Below, piece by piece: positions 1 to 11,562 of a stretch of 64,000 nucleotides of DNA (within the stretch, counting starts at the first letter, position 1; the number at the start of each line of letters is the position of its first letter). Position numbers and translations under genes: made by a program. A model generated the notes under the pieces. The model was not told the DNA's origin, did no database searches, and saw only the letters and a program-made list of their open reading frames with translations. This DNA is from a virus (Duplodnaviria > Caudoviricetes): the IMG/VR virus record IMGVR_UViG_3300025098_005131; one strand, given 5' to 3'.

Positions 1-1041
1 CCATTTATGTGTACTCGTGGTTTGTCCATGACCGCTGGTGACCGGACTTGGATCTCCTAAGTATTTGAGTCTTATACAAACATTATGCCAACTATTATGA
101 TTTAAAACATTTTTTTTTGTAAAAAATATTTTATTTTGATAGTGTGCACCTTCATCATCATTGATAAGACGACCTGACCCTTGTGTAGTATAATTATCGT
201 TGCTACTACTACCTCTAAGATTGCTTAAATCGTTCCCAAAAGTATCAACACCAACTACTACGCATATATTAAATTTATCTGTTTTGTTTTCTTCATCAAG
301 AGAATCTCCTGGTAAAATATAAACACTTATTAAGCCAGGAATATGTAATATACAACCTGGATTATAATAATGAATATCTTCATCACTTAGTTTTATATTT
401 TGTTGTCTTGGGTTAATCCAAAAAGACACAGTCATATCGTCGTTTTTTAAAAAGTCGTAAGCTTGTTTTTCATCTTCAAGTCTGTTTGGGTAAAACAGTC
501 CGTTAGCATGAGAATATTGACGAGTAAATTCAGCCTGATTTCTAGCTGTATCTTTTTTAGAAATTGTAAAAAAGCTTAAACAGTTAAAATTAGTAAAACC
601 CCAAGAAGGATTAATTACTCTATGCTGCATATTGTTCTTATAATAATTAAAGAGATTTTTTATTGACTTTTTCTTAAAGTAATTACTATCTTCAACAATA
701 TACTGCTGCTTTACTTTTTCTACACCAAATTTGAAATCTTTTGAATTATCTAAAAATAAGTTGTCATTTTCAGAAAAGGTTTGTCCAACTTGAACAGAAT
801 CTCCCAGCGAGCCTTTTACGTTGTAATATCTATCACCCGCGCCACTCTCGTCGCTGTTATTATATACAATTGACTTTGCGTTTACTTGACCAAAAGTTCC
901 AGATTCGTTAACGCCTAAATCTTCTTTTATTGCATTTGTAATATTTTCTGATTCATCAGTAACAAAAGTGTATTCTACTTGAGGCTGTAACTCTATTTTA
1001 TTTTTAGTCACCATGTTGTTGCTGATTAGATTTAAAGGCAT
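1..1041 (-). CDS. Structural protein with LamG/concanavalin-like motifs (partial, runs off the left edge)
   Basis: Not in the ORF track. My manual translation from ATG at 1041 (MPLNLISNNMVTKNKIELQPQVEYTF...) stays open to position 1 and contains MTVSFWINPRQ and NVLNHNSWHNVCIRL, typical LamG-like strands. It starts 14 nt after the stop of 1056..2237. Confidence 0.7.
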   Translation of the reverse strand, partial: MPLNLISNNMVTKNKIELQPQVEYTFVTDESENITNAIKEDLGVNESGTFGQVNAKSIVYNNSDESGAGDRYYNVKGSLGDSVQVGQTFSENDNLFLDNSKDFKFGVEKVKQQYIVEDSNYFKKKSIKNLFNYYKNNMQHRVINPSWGFTNFNCLSFFTISKKDTARNQAEFTRQYSHANGLFYPNRLEDEKQAYDFLKNDDMTVSFWINPRQQNIKLSDEDIHYYNPGCILHIPGLISVYILPGDSLDEENKTDKFNICVVVGVDTFGNDLSNLRGSSSNDNYTTQGSGRLINDDEGAHYQNKIFFTKKNVLNHNSWHNVCIRLKYLGDPSPVTSGHGQTTSTHKW

Positions 1042-1055
1042 GATATCACTTTCTT

Positions 1056-2237
1056 TTAAAAGTCTAGTCTTACGCTAATAGATAAGTCAACTTCTGGATT
1101 TTTTTCAATAGGCCTAGAAGTCTTTGCAACAGCAACTAAGTCATTTCCTGAATATAGACCAATTGTAGTTACATAAGAAAAAGGATCGTCACCTTTGTCT
1201 TGAATACATCTAATTGTCCCATCATCGTCTGTGTATGTTGGATTTGAAGAATAATTGCAATCATTAGGTCCTACTCTAGCAATATAAATACTCGAATTAA
1301 TACTTGTTGTATTTATAAATCCCATTGCAGATTGAACTGCCGTACCAAATCTAGTACCACATATATGATTTAAAATTTGATCAATCGAAGCAACTTTCCA
1401 CAAATCTAAAATCTTATTACCGCCACCCTCAACCCACGTTTCTGTGCCAGACAATGTCGCTACATCGCCTGTTAATACTTGATCCACGTTAAATACTTTT
1501 TCTGCATCAAGTATTACTATGCCTTTATCATAAAAGATCAAACCGACGTTACTTGAACTATCAGGCGATTTAATATTTCCAATTGCACCACCGATTGATG
1601 TAATGCTTAGATTACTACTTGCGTCACTGTCAGTATATAGATTAAATTCATTCGTGTCTGACCCGACGACGTCAAGATCAACTACATCATTATTATTGGC
1701 AGCTGATGTATCATTGTATAACTTTATTGAAAACTGGTCTTTGTCTAAGCCGTCTCGAGTAAAAAGTCTTTTTATGTTAATAAAAATTGGGTAATCAATT
1801 CTTGAAGCATCATCGCTACTAGAATATGGGCTATGAAAAGACGCAGATGAATCACCTAATAATACTTGTGCGTATTGTTTATAAATATTTACTTTTTCTC
1901 TACCCATTAAAAAAGTATCTGCAAAATTTAATTTTCCATTATTGTCAACTTGAATCGTTTCATCACAAACCTCAAAAGAACCATTTGCGTTTGCTTTTGC
2001 ATAAGCACCAATTGTAATATCAAGCATTTCATTAGAAGTTTGCAATGAAAAGTTCTGATCAAACACAGTATGAAAAAGAGAACTCGTTATATCAGGTGTT
2101 CCAGACTTTGTAAATACGTCGTATGTTTTTCTGCTAGAAGTTGATGCAATATCAGCTTGTATTATGTCGACTAATTGTCTTACTTTTGATTGTTTTACAA
2201 CTATATCTTCGTTGCTAAAGTTTCCTCTAAATGCCAT
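1056..2237 (-). CDS. Conserved large-phage tail/baseplate structural protein
   Basis: 393 aa ORF. The C-terminus YVTTIGLYSGNDLVAVAKTSRPIEK...ISVRLDF is a motif I recognise from structural proteins of large myoviruses and resembles the end of tail-collar fibre (DUF3751-like) domains. Confidence 0.6.
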   Translation of the reverse strand: MAFRGNFSNEDIVVKQSKVRQLVDIIQADIASTSSRKTYDVFTKSGTPDITSSLFHTVFDQNFSLQTSNEMLDITIGAYAKANANGSFEVCDETIQVDNNGKLNFADTFLMGREKVNIYKQYAQVLLGDSSASFHSPYSSSDDASRIDYPIFINIKRLFTRDGLDKDQFSIKLYNDTSAANNNDVVDLDVVGSDTNEFNLYTDSDASSNLSITSIGGAIGNIKSPDSSSNVGLIFYDKGIVILDAEKVFNVDQVLTGDVATLSGTETWVEGGGNKILDLWKVASIDQILNHICGTRFGTAVQSAMGFINTTSINSSIYIARVGPNDCNYSSNPTYTDDDGTIRCIQDKGDDPFSYVTTIGLYSGNDLVAVAKTSRPIEKNPEVDLSISVRLDF

Positions 2238-2255
2238 TTTCTATAGTCCTTCTTT

Positions 2256-3005
2256 TTATAATGTGTTGCTAGTAATCGTAACAGGAATAATAAATGTTGC
2301 TCCTGAAGAAGCACCTTCTATTTCAATCTGGGTCTTTATTTCATTAGGGTTGCTTGAAGAAGCGTAATACTGATATGTGCTAGTAGAAACTTTATTTATT
2401 GCTGATATAGTAAATGATAAAAATCTTTGGCCTACAAATTCTTGTGTAGTATTTCTACCTTCTATAACACTGTTAACTTCATACACAGCAACATTATTTC
2501 TATTATCAGGAGGTTCTATGTCTTCTCCTGTTATTTCTAAGAGTTCATCAAAAACTTTTATAGAAAATGTATCATCTATTAGACCTGACTCTGTTAGCTC
2601 AAAGTCTGTGTCTTGACTTAAGAAAGTTTTAACATTAACAACTAAACTTTTGTTATTTGTAGACTCAGAGTTAGATGATAAAGTATAGGTTAGCGCACTG
2701 TCTTCTAACTGAATTTTTGGGAAAGCAAATATTTCTGTTGTATTATTTGTTAGAGAAATATTTTCATATTTAATTGCAAGATCTTGATCAGTTATTGCTT
2801 CAAAAACAGGTGTGTTTTTTTCAATCTTTTCTTTTCCAATAATTAATCCGTAATGCTTTAATACTTCATAGTCTACTTCATCGTCAGCAAAACTAAAACT
2901 TGTAATATTAAAACTACCGTCATTTCTAGCTAATAGTTCTCTACCTTTTTCTGTTAAGACTGCATCAACTATTATATTGTTTGTTGCATGATTTAAAAAG
3001 CCCAT
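2256..3005 (-). CDS. Conserved large-phage structural protein (tail/baseplate)
   Basis: 249 aa. N-terminal MGFLN..IIVDAVLTEKGRELLARNDGSFNITSFSFADDEVDY motif typical of large myovirus structural blocks. AGGAG SD at 3012..3016. Confidence 0.6.
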   Translation of the reverse strand: MGFLNHATNNIIVDAVLTEKGRELLARNDGSFNITSFSFADDEVDYEVLKHYGLIIGKEKIEKNTPVFEAITDQDLAIKYENISLTNNTTEIFAFPKIQLEDSALTYTLSSNSESTNNKSLVVNVKTFLSQDTDFELTESGLIDDTFSIKVFDELLEITGEDIEPPDNRNNVAVYEVNSVIEGRNTTQEFVGQRFLSFTISAINKVSTSTYQYYASSSNPNEIKTQIEIEGASSGATFIIPVTITSNTL

Positions 3006-3023
3006 TTATAACTCCTAGTTTTA

Positions 3024-3033
3024 TTATAAATAT
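3024..3033 (-). promoter_or_regulatory. Putative late-promoter motif ATATTTATAA
   Basis: One of several ATA(A/T/G)TTAT motifs in intergenic gaps; 18 nt before the 3005 start. Confidence 0.35.
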
Positions 3034-3063
3034 TATTATATTTCTATATATCGTTAACAAATT

Positions 3064-4710
3064 TTATCTGTCAAAATTTGCAATATTAAATTCTTTTTCG
3101 TATTTAGATAGCGTATTTAGCTTTAAAATAGTAAACTTAAACTTTGCTTCATCCTTAAAAACATTAATTGTTTGATTGTTATCTCTAGAGATTTTAGTAA
3201 ACTCTGGAGTCACGTAAAGTGATATTTTATTGACATTTTGTAAAAAAGGTAAATTATCAACAACGCCTACTTCGTTTTGAAAAAACAAAGTTTTACTTTT
3301 TATTTTCTCATTTGGCTTGTCTCTTTTAGCTCCTTCTGGAGAAATTACATCATATATTACTTTGTCTTCAAAGGGATCAAACATTACTGCAGTTTGTGTA
3401 GAATAGTCTGAAATTAGTCCATGTGCGTCAATAAGTCTAAGACAATATATGGTTACTCTACCTGGCTGATAGTCTTTATCAATATACTTAAACGGCAGTT
3501 TATTTGGCGTTGCAATAATATTTTCCTGTAAGATAATTTCATTTTTCGTGTATAAATCATTAACACTATGTGCTTCTAGTTGCGCAATAACTGTAAATGG
3601 GTCATCAATAGAATATCTTCTTAAGACTTGTACTCCTCTACCGTCTTCTTGATAGTCTTTTGGAAACTTCCAAGAAATTCTTATTTTTTTATCATTGTTC
3701 ACTTTAAAGTTAACTTCTCGTGGCGGCGGCGGCGCTTCAGTTTCTATACAGTCAATATCTTTAGTAATAAAAGGAAAGTCAGTTATTAAAAATTTGTTTG
3801 TTATATAATGATTATCTGGATCTGGCCAGTTATATAAATAAACTTTACTTACAACATATCGATACGTCTTACCATACGCAACATTTTCGTCTTCTATTTT
3901 GTTTTTTATACTTAATTTAATATCTCCAGGCTTTGAAGTATAAAATTTTCCTCCCAGGTATGTGTAAGTAAAACTACTTTCTTTTCTAAACTTTTTTACT
4001 AATAGGCCACACAATACAGCATTTTTTTTACTAAAGTCTTCAAGTGTTTGATTAGTATTTATATTAGAGCTTAGTTTAACGACATTAGGAAACAAAATAC
4101 CATTTTCTCTTGCAGATCTTAGTGTTTCAATTTTTCCTAGATTATTTGAAGAAATTAATTCATCATATAAATCAATATGCTCTGAAAAGTCTGATTCAGG
4201 AAAATCTTTTTGTAAAAGCAAATTGGATATATTTAACCCTTTATTAAAAGAAACTTTATAACTTGTCTTAAGCAATCCTGCATAGTAATCTTTAGATTCA
4301 ATATTATTTGCTAGATAATGATTTAATGAATGCTTTGATTCGTCCACATCCAAATTCACAGTTAAATTATTTCTTTCTGCATTGAAGTTGTCTATTTCAT
4401 TAAACTTTTTTATAGTAGCTTGATCAATATAGTCAGTTAGTGATAATAAATAAACATCGTTTTCAAAGTTATTAAAATTGTATTCTTCATTAGAAAGATT
4501 AGAAAAATTAAAACTTAATCTAACAAATCTATTTTTAACTAAGTCTATTTGCCCTCTATCTTTTATTCCTTTGTCAACTATTGATGTTTCATTATTTCTA
4601 TATCTATTGTATACAAAGTCTATTTTAGGCGACAAAGCATCGCTGTTTATTCTAATTCTACTTTTCAAAGAAGAATTTATAGATATTAAATTATCAAATA
4701 CTTTTGTCAT
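3064..4710 (-). CDS. Putative structural protein with FN3/Ig-like domain
   Basis: 548 aa. APPPPREVNFKV..IRISWKFP..VQVLRR..KYIDKDYQPGRVTIYCLR resembles a fibronectin type III fold. ATGA overlap with the upstream gene. Confidence 0.5.
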   Translation of the reverse strand: MTKVFDNLISINSSLKSRIRINSDALSPKIDFVYNRYRNNETSIVDKGIKDRGQIDLVKNRFVRLSFNFSNLSNEEYNFNNFENDVYLLSLTDYIDQATIKKFNEIDNFNAERNNLTVNLDVDESKHSLNHYLANNIESKDYYAGLLKTSYKVSFNKGLNISNLLLQKDFPESDFSEHIDLYDELISSNNLGKIETLRSARENGILFPNVVKLSSNINTNQTLEDFSKKNAVLCGLLVKKFRKESSFTYTYLGGKFYTSKPGDIKLSIKNKIEDENVAYGKTYRYVVSKVYLYNWPDPDNHYITNKFLITDFPFITKDIDCIETEAPPPPREVNFKVNNDKKIRISWKFPKDYQEDGRGVQVLRRYSIDDPFTVIAQLEAHSVNDLYTKNEIILQENIIATPNKLPFKYIDKDYQPGRVTIYCLRLIDAHGLISDYSTQTAVMFDPFEDKVIYDVISPEGAKRDKPNEKIKSKTLFFQNEVGVVDNLPFLQNVNKISLYVTPEFTKISRDNNQTINVFKDEAKFKFTILKLNTLSKYEKEFNIANFDR

Positions 4711-7700
4711 AATATGTTTGCCTCTATAATAAATGAATATCCAACGTTTGACTCTTTTTTCGTATATAGATTTTTACGAAAATCATCATAACTCTCTCTA
4801 TAATCTGAATTTTCATACACTTCTTTGTCTATTCTTCTAATTAACTCACTTCTTTCTATTTTTATATTAAATATATCATAATAAATATCGTCTGTGAATA
4901 TTTTTGCAAACTCTGTCATAGACATATTGTAGTCAAGCATTTTTAAAAAGTCATATGCATAAATCTGACTGTCAATAACCTCTAAATTGTTTAACAAGTC
5001 CATTGTTCCATTTTCTAAGTTTATAATACTATCAAAAACATCTTTTTCTTTTAAAAATACTTTCTTGAATTCTTGATCAGACATGTTTTCATATACGTTA
5101 GTTGTCATAGAAGATAAAATATTTTTTGACGACGTACTCTCTAAGTTTAGATCTTTTTCATTAAAAACTTTTTGTTTTACATAATCACAATATTTAACTG
5201 CATTAGAAGTTGCAATTTGATCATATATTAATGCATAAACGTCTTCGTTCTCTCTAATTGACCCATCTTCAGGCTCGAACAAGGCATTTTCAAAATTTGT
5301 TCCTTCAACTATGTTTTTAATATATAATTCTGCTGTATCTCTATTTAAAATAGACATTCTATTTTCTAAACTCTTAATATTATGATCAAAATATCCGACA
5401 AAATCATATGGATCAATTTGCTCAAAATTATTTTGTTCTTTAAGCAGTCTATAATGAAAAGGTAAGATATTTGTAAAACAAGGCATATAATAATAATTTA
5501 GTGGTTTAAAATAAACATCAGGAAATTTATGATTTACAATATTTATTTTAATATGCAATACTTTGTTTTCTAAAACTTCTTTTGCTAAATCATACTTAAT
5601 ACCTAATCTAATAATATCGATATTTGAATTTCTGTCTATACCTTGTTGTTCATATGTTCTATAAATTTTATGAATAGACTTTTTACATAGTTCTTTACTT
5701 AGTTCTTCTATCTTTTTATTTGGTCCAAACGCACCATCTTGAGAAAGAGAGTTTTCAAGATTTAAAATTCCTTGACTACTATTTAGCTTACTATACACGA
5801 AGTTTTGGTAAAGATATCTATCAATTGCATACTTTGATATTTTGTTTAATTTTGCATCATTATTAATGTATCTTAAGAAAGAAGGCAAACTATTTAAACC
5901 ATCACCTAAGTCTGCCAATAAGTTTTCTACTTCATTAAAACTACTGTTTATACTTCCAGAAATACTTTGTAACTGAATATTTTCCTTACTATATAACCAA
6001 TAGTGTAAAATATCATGACTTACTGCTTCAAGATCATTTGTATTACAAAAAGTATTATAACAAGCGTCCAAGTCATTTCTAACTTTAGTGTTTCCAGTGG
6101 GCAGTGCGCCTCCACTGAACACTTGCCTGCGCAGATCTCCCGGGACATAGACTGCGGCTCTAGCTGCCCGCTGGTGGTTTTTTAACTCTTCTCTAACCAC
6201 ATCCAAAACTTCATTGTCCCAAATAAGCTCTGGGCTTAAAGTAAACGTTGAATTTCCTTTTGAAACATCATTGTCGCTGCTATAAAGATTATCTCCATAA
6301 GTTCCTGATTGATTAAATTCAAATTTAGTTATTTTATCTATATTTTTCTTAATAGATAAGTTTGTAACTTGGTCGTAATAAAAAGAAAAATGCTCAGCAA
6401 TAGGCTTTATTAGATCATATACAACTTGAATAATACTATCATTGTTATTTATAAAGTCTGTTATACTAGATGCGTCATCAAAGTCTGAATTGTTATAATA
6501 ACTCATCACTTCAATAATACTATTTTTTAAATTTTTTGAAAGCGTCCCAACAGATTCTAATTTATAAAAGTCTTCAAGATTCATAGAATATGAAGTAGTA
6601 TAATTTAAATTATTTTTTAAACTTTCATACCTACTATTAACTTCATCTGTGCTGTTAGTATACGGGTTTATCATTTGTCTATAAAAAAGATTATCTGTGT
6701 CCAAGTTAAGCATAGCATCTTGGCCCTCTAGGATTGTATCATTATTTGTATCTGTTAAATTGTCCTCCATCACAATATAACTAATTTCTGATTTTTCTGA
6801 TGCTATATTAAATAAAACTTTTTTATTGTCTATGTTTTCTATATTTGCTGAAAAATTATCTTCACTGTTTATAGAAGATGTTTTCTCACATAAATAAGCG
6901 TCATAGTTAAATGATTTGCTTGTAATGAAATTTTTAAAAGACTTGTCATCTGAAGATAAAACATAACCTCTATTTCTAATATTTTGTCCGTCGCCAAACG
7001 CAATAATATCAGAGTAAAATAACTTCATAGGCTCTATGTTATTGCTAAATCTAAATTTATGCAGTATAAAAGGAAAAAGAAGTTGATATACTTCTCCACC
7101 TATTGTAGAAAGTTCTCCGTAACTATCATTTTGTTCATCTCTATTTGCGGCAGCAGTATTTAACTTATACTCGCTTCTTGCTTTGCTTGCACTTATTTTG
7201 CTTAAACACTGCTCACTTAAAGTCCTGATAGTAAAACTTTGTTGCTTTTTAAAATTTTCCGTGTCAAAGACTTTTCCTATATACTTGTTATAACTTCCGT
7301 TAGTTGCCTCATTTAATTCAGTATAACTACCAATATTAAAACCATTTTTTTGCATTAAAGCTACATAAACTAAGTACTTAGCAATATCCAAACTGTCATC
7401 CCCAGCAATCGCATCTGATAAAAGTTTTTCAAAGCCAAGAAACCACCAGTTTGTTTGGGAAATAGCTATTTTTGTTGATAGATTTAAATAATTTAAATAA
7501 GTTTTTTCTGATTTAAAAAATCCAACGGGAAAATAATTTGACATAAATTTTCTATAGTCTGAAGAATTTATGTCAAATTGAATATTACCGACTTGATTAT
7601 TTTCTAAAACATATTGATCTAAAGGCTTTACTTTTTCGCTGTTTAACAAAAAATTATTTTTTGAATAAAACTTTTCATTACTATTTAATAAAAACTGGCT

Positions 7701-10202
7701 GTTTTCTAAGCTTGAAAAAGAATGTTCTTCTTTACCATAAACTAAAGAAAACTTGTTTTCTTGGCTTAGCTGATTTTCAAATTTATAGTTAGTTAGTTTT
7801 TTTGCTTTTTCTTTATAACTATTTAAAAAGTTTATAATTCTTAGTCCACCGTCATTATTTAATTTTAATTTTGCAAATTTTACATTCTTAATAATTCTTT
7901 TAATTCTTGTTGCGTAAGAAGGCCAATCATTCTGTATGTTTAAAACATCAAAAGGAATATCCTTGCTCGACTTCTTAAAAGAAAGTTTTCCTTTTTCTAT
8001 TCCTGAGTATATATTATTTCTTAACGGATGATCTTTTGTTGTTTTTGTATTTGAGTTTTGCTGTATCAATATTCTTTCGTAAAAATATTCCTCTTGACTT
8101 TGTAAATCTTCATTTCTATTAATAAACTTTTCTTTCATATCACTTAATTTGTGTAATTTGTTTGTATTCTCAAGCAACACAAAAGGCTGTTGCATGTTTT
8201 CTCTGTATGAATAAAAGCTACTTCCGGTATTTTCTTCAAGGACTTTGGCTAAAGATATTTCTCCAGCTGGAACCTGATTTTCTCGGGAGAGTTCGGGGTG
8301 TTCAAGTCTCATCCTAGGACTTGTTATTAATTCATTCTCTTTTAAAACTATTTTTCCACCATCAACTTGATCTCCCCGATCAGGATAAATATTTCCCAGC
8401 ATAGAACGTTTATACTCAAATAAGCTTAAAAAGTTAAAATTACCCAAAATAGAAAAAGAATAAAAAAACTTTTGTTCTGTGGACACGCGATCAGAAAACA
8501 CACCTTCAGGCAACCATGCACTAATTTTAATACCTGATTCACCTGTGATTGAAAGACTATTTACATTTAAAACTGTAAAGCTTGGGCAGTCTAAATAGTC
8601 TTTTACATTACTATCAACTATCGACTTTGCTTTAGTATCTAGTAATAAAACTCTATTTTCTTGCGCTTCTCGAAGTCGTAGTGATGCTATTTTCAATACA
8701 GCTTTATTGAAAGAAGAAATATTAAAAAGTCTTGAAGTAAATGTTAATTTTGGAACCTCCCATCTTGAGGCTTTAAAAGCTAGCTTTGCTTCATCCTTAA
8801 TATTATAGTTAAAAGCTAGCTTTTCGACTGTTTCTCGTTCATAGTTTTGTGACAAATCTCTTAACGAAAAGTCTACATTAGCGTCTCTGTCATCTGATAT
8901 TGTAATACGTTTTTTGTCTCTTAAAAATATATTTTTAAAACTGTTTGGTAACAATAACATGTTATAGTATGAATTGTCATTTATTTTTTTAAAACTTTCA
9001 GGCCGTATGTTTTCGTTTGTACTGCTATTTACAACCATTCTGCTTATTGGGTTTAGATAGTTAAATATATTTGAAGATGATTTATTGCTTAAAGATAATT
9101 CATCATATCTTAAATCATCTGTTTCTATATCGTTAAAGCATGAAATATTTTTAAATTCATCAGCAGTATTATTATCAATATTATATAATTCTGAGCTAGT
9201 CAAATAAGGGAGTAGTTTAACTATAGGAAACTGATCAAATATTTTTAAACTTAAATCATCGTAAGCATTTAAATTTGGTGAGCTACTTTGTAAAAAATCA
9301 AAGCTCCAGCTGTCTCTGTATATATTATTAAGAGAAAGTGATGTATTTAACAAGATTTGACTGATAATCTTATCAGAATTTAATATTCTATCGTCTTCTA
9401 TATCTTTTTTATATCTTAAAACAGAAGAGTATATTGTTTCAAGCCTACTCGATTCAGATGGGTTTAGTATTGTATCACTATTTTCAAAACTTGTTGTAGG
9501 AATAGAAGTTGTTATGTTCTCAATAATAACAATTTCTTCTCTTGCGATTCTTCTATAGTATTTTCCTATTTTATTAAAAGTATTTCCTATAAAAAATTTA
9601 TGAATATTATTGCCTATACTGTTTTCTTTTGATAAATCATCTAGTTTTTTAAATGACAAGTTTATACTGTCATATATAAAGTTTATATCATTATAACTTT
9701 CTTCTAAATTAGAATAATATAGGTTTCTATTTAACTCAGCGTTACTGCTATTAATAAAAAACCTACTAGCAATTGTTTCTTGCTTGCTTTTCAAGTAGTC
9801 AACTTTAATGTCAAAATAACTATCTGTATTTATTTTGCCATCTGATGTAGATGTTAAAATTTCATGACTCAAGACAGAAGGAAAAATATTTAAATTATCG
9901 TCAGACTTTGTGTTTATTAAAAGTCTTAAATTGTTACTAATATTTATATTAATGTTGTTAGTAATTAAATCATCATCACTATCTTCTGTTAAGCTATCTA
10001 AGTATTCATTGTTTAACTCTTGTTGAGTCGTATTATATAAAGCCCTATCACGTAATTCTGACCTAAAAGCACTTATTGCGCTCGATATTCTATAATCAGC
10101 AGACATCATCTCTTGGACAGCACTAGCAGTATTATTCAATCCACCTATAGACTCATTTCTTCCTGTAGACTCAATTCTTGAAAGATTCATTTGATATGTC
10201 AT
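4707..10202 (-). CDS. Very large hypothetical protein (1831 aa), probably a virion component
   Basis: Long uninterrupted ORF inside the structural operon; no family motif recognised. Confidence 0.75.
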   Translation of the reverse strand: MTYQMNLSRIESTGRNESIGGLNNTASAVQEMMSADYRISSAISAFRSELRDRALYNTTQQELNNEYLDSLTEDSDDDLITNNININISNNLRLLINTKSDDNLNIFPSVLSHEILTSTSDGKINTDSYFDIKVDYLKSKQETIASRFFINSSNAELNRNLYYSNLEESYNDINFIYDSINLSFKKLDDLSKENSIGNNIHKFFIGNTFNKIGKYYRRIAREEIVIIENITTSIPTTSFENSDTILNPSESSRLETIYSSVLRYKKDIEDDRILNSDKIISQILLNTSLSLNNIYRDSWSFDFLQSSSPNLNAYDDLSLKIFDQFPIVKLLPYLTSSELYNIDNNTADEFKNISCFNDIETDDLRYDELSLSNKSSSNIFNYLNPISRMVVNSSTNENIRPESFKKINDNSYYNMLLLPNSFKNIFLRDKKRITISDDRDANVDFSLRDLSQNYERETVEKLAFNYNIKDEAKLAFKASRWEVPKLTFTSRLFNISSFNKAVLKIASLRLREAQENRVLLLDTKAKSIVDSNVKDYLDCPSFTVLNVNSLSITGESGIKISAWLPEGVFSDRVSTEQKFFYSFSILGNFNFLSLFEYKRSMLGNIYPDRGDQVDGGKIVLKENELITSPRMRLEHPELSRENQVPAGEISLAKVLEENTGSSFYSYRENMQQPFVLLENTNKLHKLSDMKEKFINRNEDLQSQEEYFYERILIQQNSNTKTTKDHPLRNNIYSGIEKGKLSFKKSSKDIPFDVLNIQNDWPSYATRIKRIIKNVKFAKLKLNNDGGLRIINFLNSYKEKAKKLTNYKFENQLSQENKFSLVYGKEEHSFSSLENSQFLLNSNEKFYSKNNFLLNSEKVKPLDQYVLENNQVGNIQFDINSSDYRKFMSNYFPVGFFKSEKTYLNYLNLSTKIAISQTNWWFLGFEKLLSDAIAGDDSLDIAKYLVYVALMQKNGFNIGSYTELNEATNGSYNKYIGKVFDTENFKKQQSFTIRTLSEQCLSKISASKARSEYKLNTAAANRDEQNDSYGELSTIGGEVYQLLFPFILHKFRFSNNIEPMKLFYSDIIAFGDGQNIRNRGYVLSSDDKSFKNFITSKSFNYDAYLCEKTSSINSEDNFSANIENIDNKKVLFNIASEKSEISYIVMEDNLTDTNNDTILEGQDAMLNLDTDNLFYRQMINPYTNSTDEVNSRYESLKNNLNYTTSYSMNLEDFYKLESVGTLSKNLKNSIIEVMSYYNNSDFDDASSITDFINNNDSIIQVVYDLIKPIAEHFSFYYDQVTNLSIKKNIDKITKFEFNQSGTYGDNLYSSDNDVSKGNSTFTLSPELIWDNEVLDVVREELKNHQRAARAAVYVPGDLRRQVFSGGALPTGNTKVRNDLDACYNTFCNTNDLEAVSHDILHYWLYSKENIQLQSISGSINSSFNEVENLLADLGDGLNSLPSFLRYINNDAKLNKISKYAIDRYLYQNFVYSKLNSSQGILNLENSLSQDGAFGPNKKIEELSKELCKKSIHKIYRTYEQQGIDRNSNIDIIRLGIKYDLAKEVLENKVLHIKINIVNHKFPDVYFKPLNYYYMPCFTNILPFHYRLLKEQNNFEQIDPYDFVGYFDHNIKSLENRMSILNRDTAELYIKNIVEGTNFENALFEPEDGSIRENEDVYALIYDQIATSNAVKYCDYVKQKVFNEKDLNLESTSSKNILSSMTTNVYENMSDQEFKKVFLKEKDVFDSIINLENGTMDLLNNLEVIDSQIYAYDFLKMLDYNMSMTEFAKIFTDDIYYDIFNIKIERSELIRRIDKEVYENSDYRESYDDFRKNLYTKKESNVGYSFIIEANIL

Positions 10203-10209
10203 TATTTTA

Positions 10210-11562
10210 TTACTTTTCTATTAAAATATTTGGTTTTAAGTTGCTAGTTTCATTTACATTTAAAAACAATTCTCTTTTTCCAGAATTGTTTTCTTTTTTT
10301 CTTCTAATAATATTATTAAAACATATAAACTTTTCTTGATTTTTTTCTTCTATAACAATAACGTATCTTTCAATAATATTTTTAATAAATAAAGAATTCT
10401 TGTTTGTGTTAAATAAAATTTTATCGTTATCAACATTTTTAATTCCCCAGATTCGAAGTGCTCTGCTATAAAACTCTTTATTAAAGTTACATGTTTGTCT
10501 AGAATCACTATTTATAATAACAATTTTATCTTCTTCTAACTTTAAGTTTTTTAGCTTTTCAACAAAAATAAAATCAGAATCTATTAATATTTTATTATTG
10601 AAAGTTTTATGTATTGTTTCTTTAAAATTGTTTTCGTAAAATTCAATGTTGATATTTCTATAAGCTTTTACTGCGCTGATGTTTTCAATATTTTCAACAT
10701 ACTTTTTGATGTCTACTTCTGCTAAAGATTCATTTGAATTAATAGACTTTTCAATTTTTATAAAATTGTTGTTACTTTTAAAATTAATATTTAACGTACT
10801 ATTACAGAAATAATTTTCACAATTAACATAATTATAATCTAATATCGCGTTTAAGTTAGTCTGGCTTATTTTTCCTGACAAACTTCTAGATGATGAAGCT
10901 AAAACATTGTTATTTTTAAATATACTTTTATTTGAATTATATAATTTTTGACTCTTGTTCTGTATATCACTAGATACTTTTAATTTATAACCTGCACTAG
11001 AATCAATCTTGTTGACTTTATTAATTTGCTTTCTTTTTAAATTTTTACCTACAATATTAAATATTTTTTCAAAAACAATATTTTTTCTATAAGTTACACT
11101 AGAATTATTGTTAGTCTGTAAACTTTTGAAAAAATAGTTCTTAGCTAGTTTATCTATTTTTACAAATTGATCTGGAGAAATTCTATTTAGCGACGTAACT
11201 ACACTTTCTTTTTCATCGTCTGTTGCTTGTGAGTTAAATATCGTCTTTAAGTCTTCATTTTTAAAAACAATATACTTAATAAAACCTATCTTTTCTAAAA
11301 CAACAGCAGAACTAATTTCATCTATTATTTCGTACGTATTCGTTTCTTGATTTACAATGTCTGCCAAAATAAAATACTTAGTAAAAGTTTTCTTCTGATT
11401 GTTTTTCATGATATAAATCATGTTGTATTTAAGAACTGTATTTGAATATATCTTGCTATAATATAAGTTGGCGTCCTCTGACTGAGTATCGTATTTAAGA
11501 TTTGTTAAATTATTTTTGTTAATATTCTCTATATTAAGCTTTATTCTCGTTAAATTAATCAT
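10210..11562 (-). CDS. Hypothetical protein (Asn/Lys/Ile-rich)
   Basis: 450 aa ORF whose start overlaps the stop of 11562..12992 by 1 nt (TAATG coupling). Confidence 0.7.
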   Translation of the reverse strand: MINLTRIKLNIENINKNNLTNLKYDTQSEDANLYYSKIYSNTVLKYNMIYIMKNNQKKTFTKYFILADIVNQETNTYEIIDEISSAVVLEKIGFIKYIVFKNEDLKTIFNSQATDDEKESVVTSLNRISPDQFVKIDKLAKNYFFKSLQTNNNSSVTYRKNIVFEKIFNIVGKNLKRKQINKVNKIDSSAGYKLKVSSDIQNKSQKLYNSNKSIFKNNNVLASSSRSLSGKISQTNLNAILDYNYVNCENYFCNSTLNINFKSNNNFIKIEKSINSNESLAEVDIKKYVENIENISAVKAYRNINIEFYENNFKETIHKTFNNKILIDSDFIFVEKLKNLKLEEDKIVIINSDSRQTCNFNKEFYSRALRIWGIKNVDNDKILFNTNKNSLFIKNIIERYVIVIEEKNQEKFICFNNIIRRKKENNSGKRELFLNVNETSNLKPNILIEK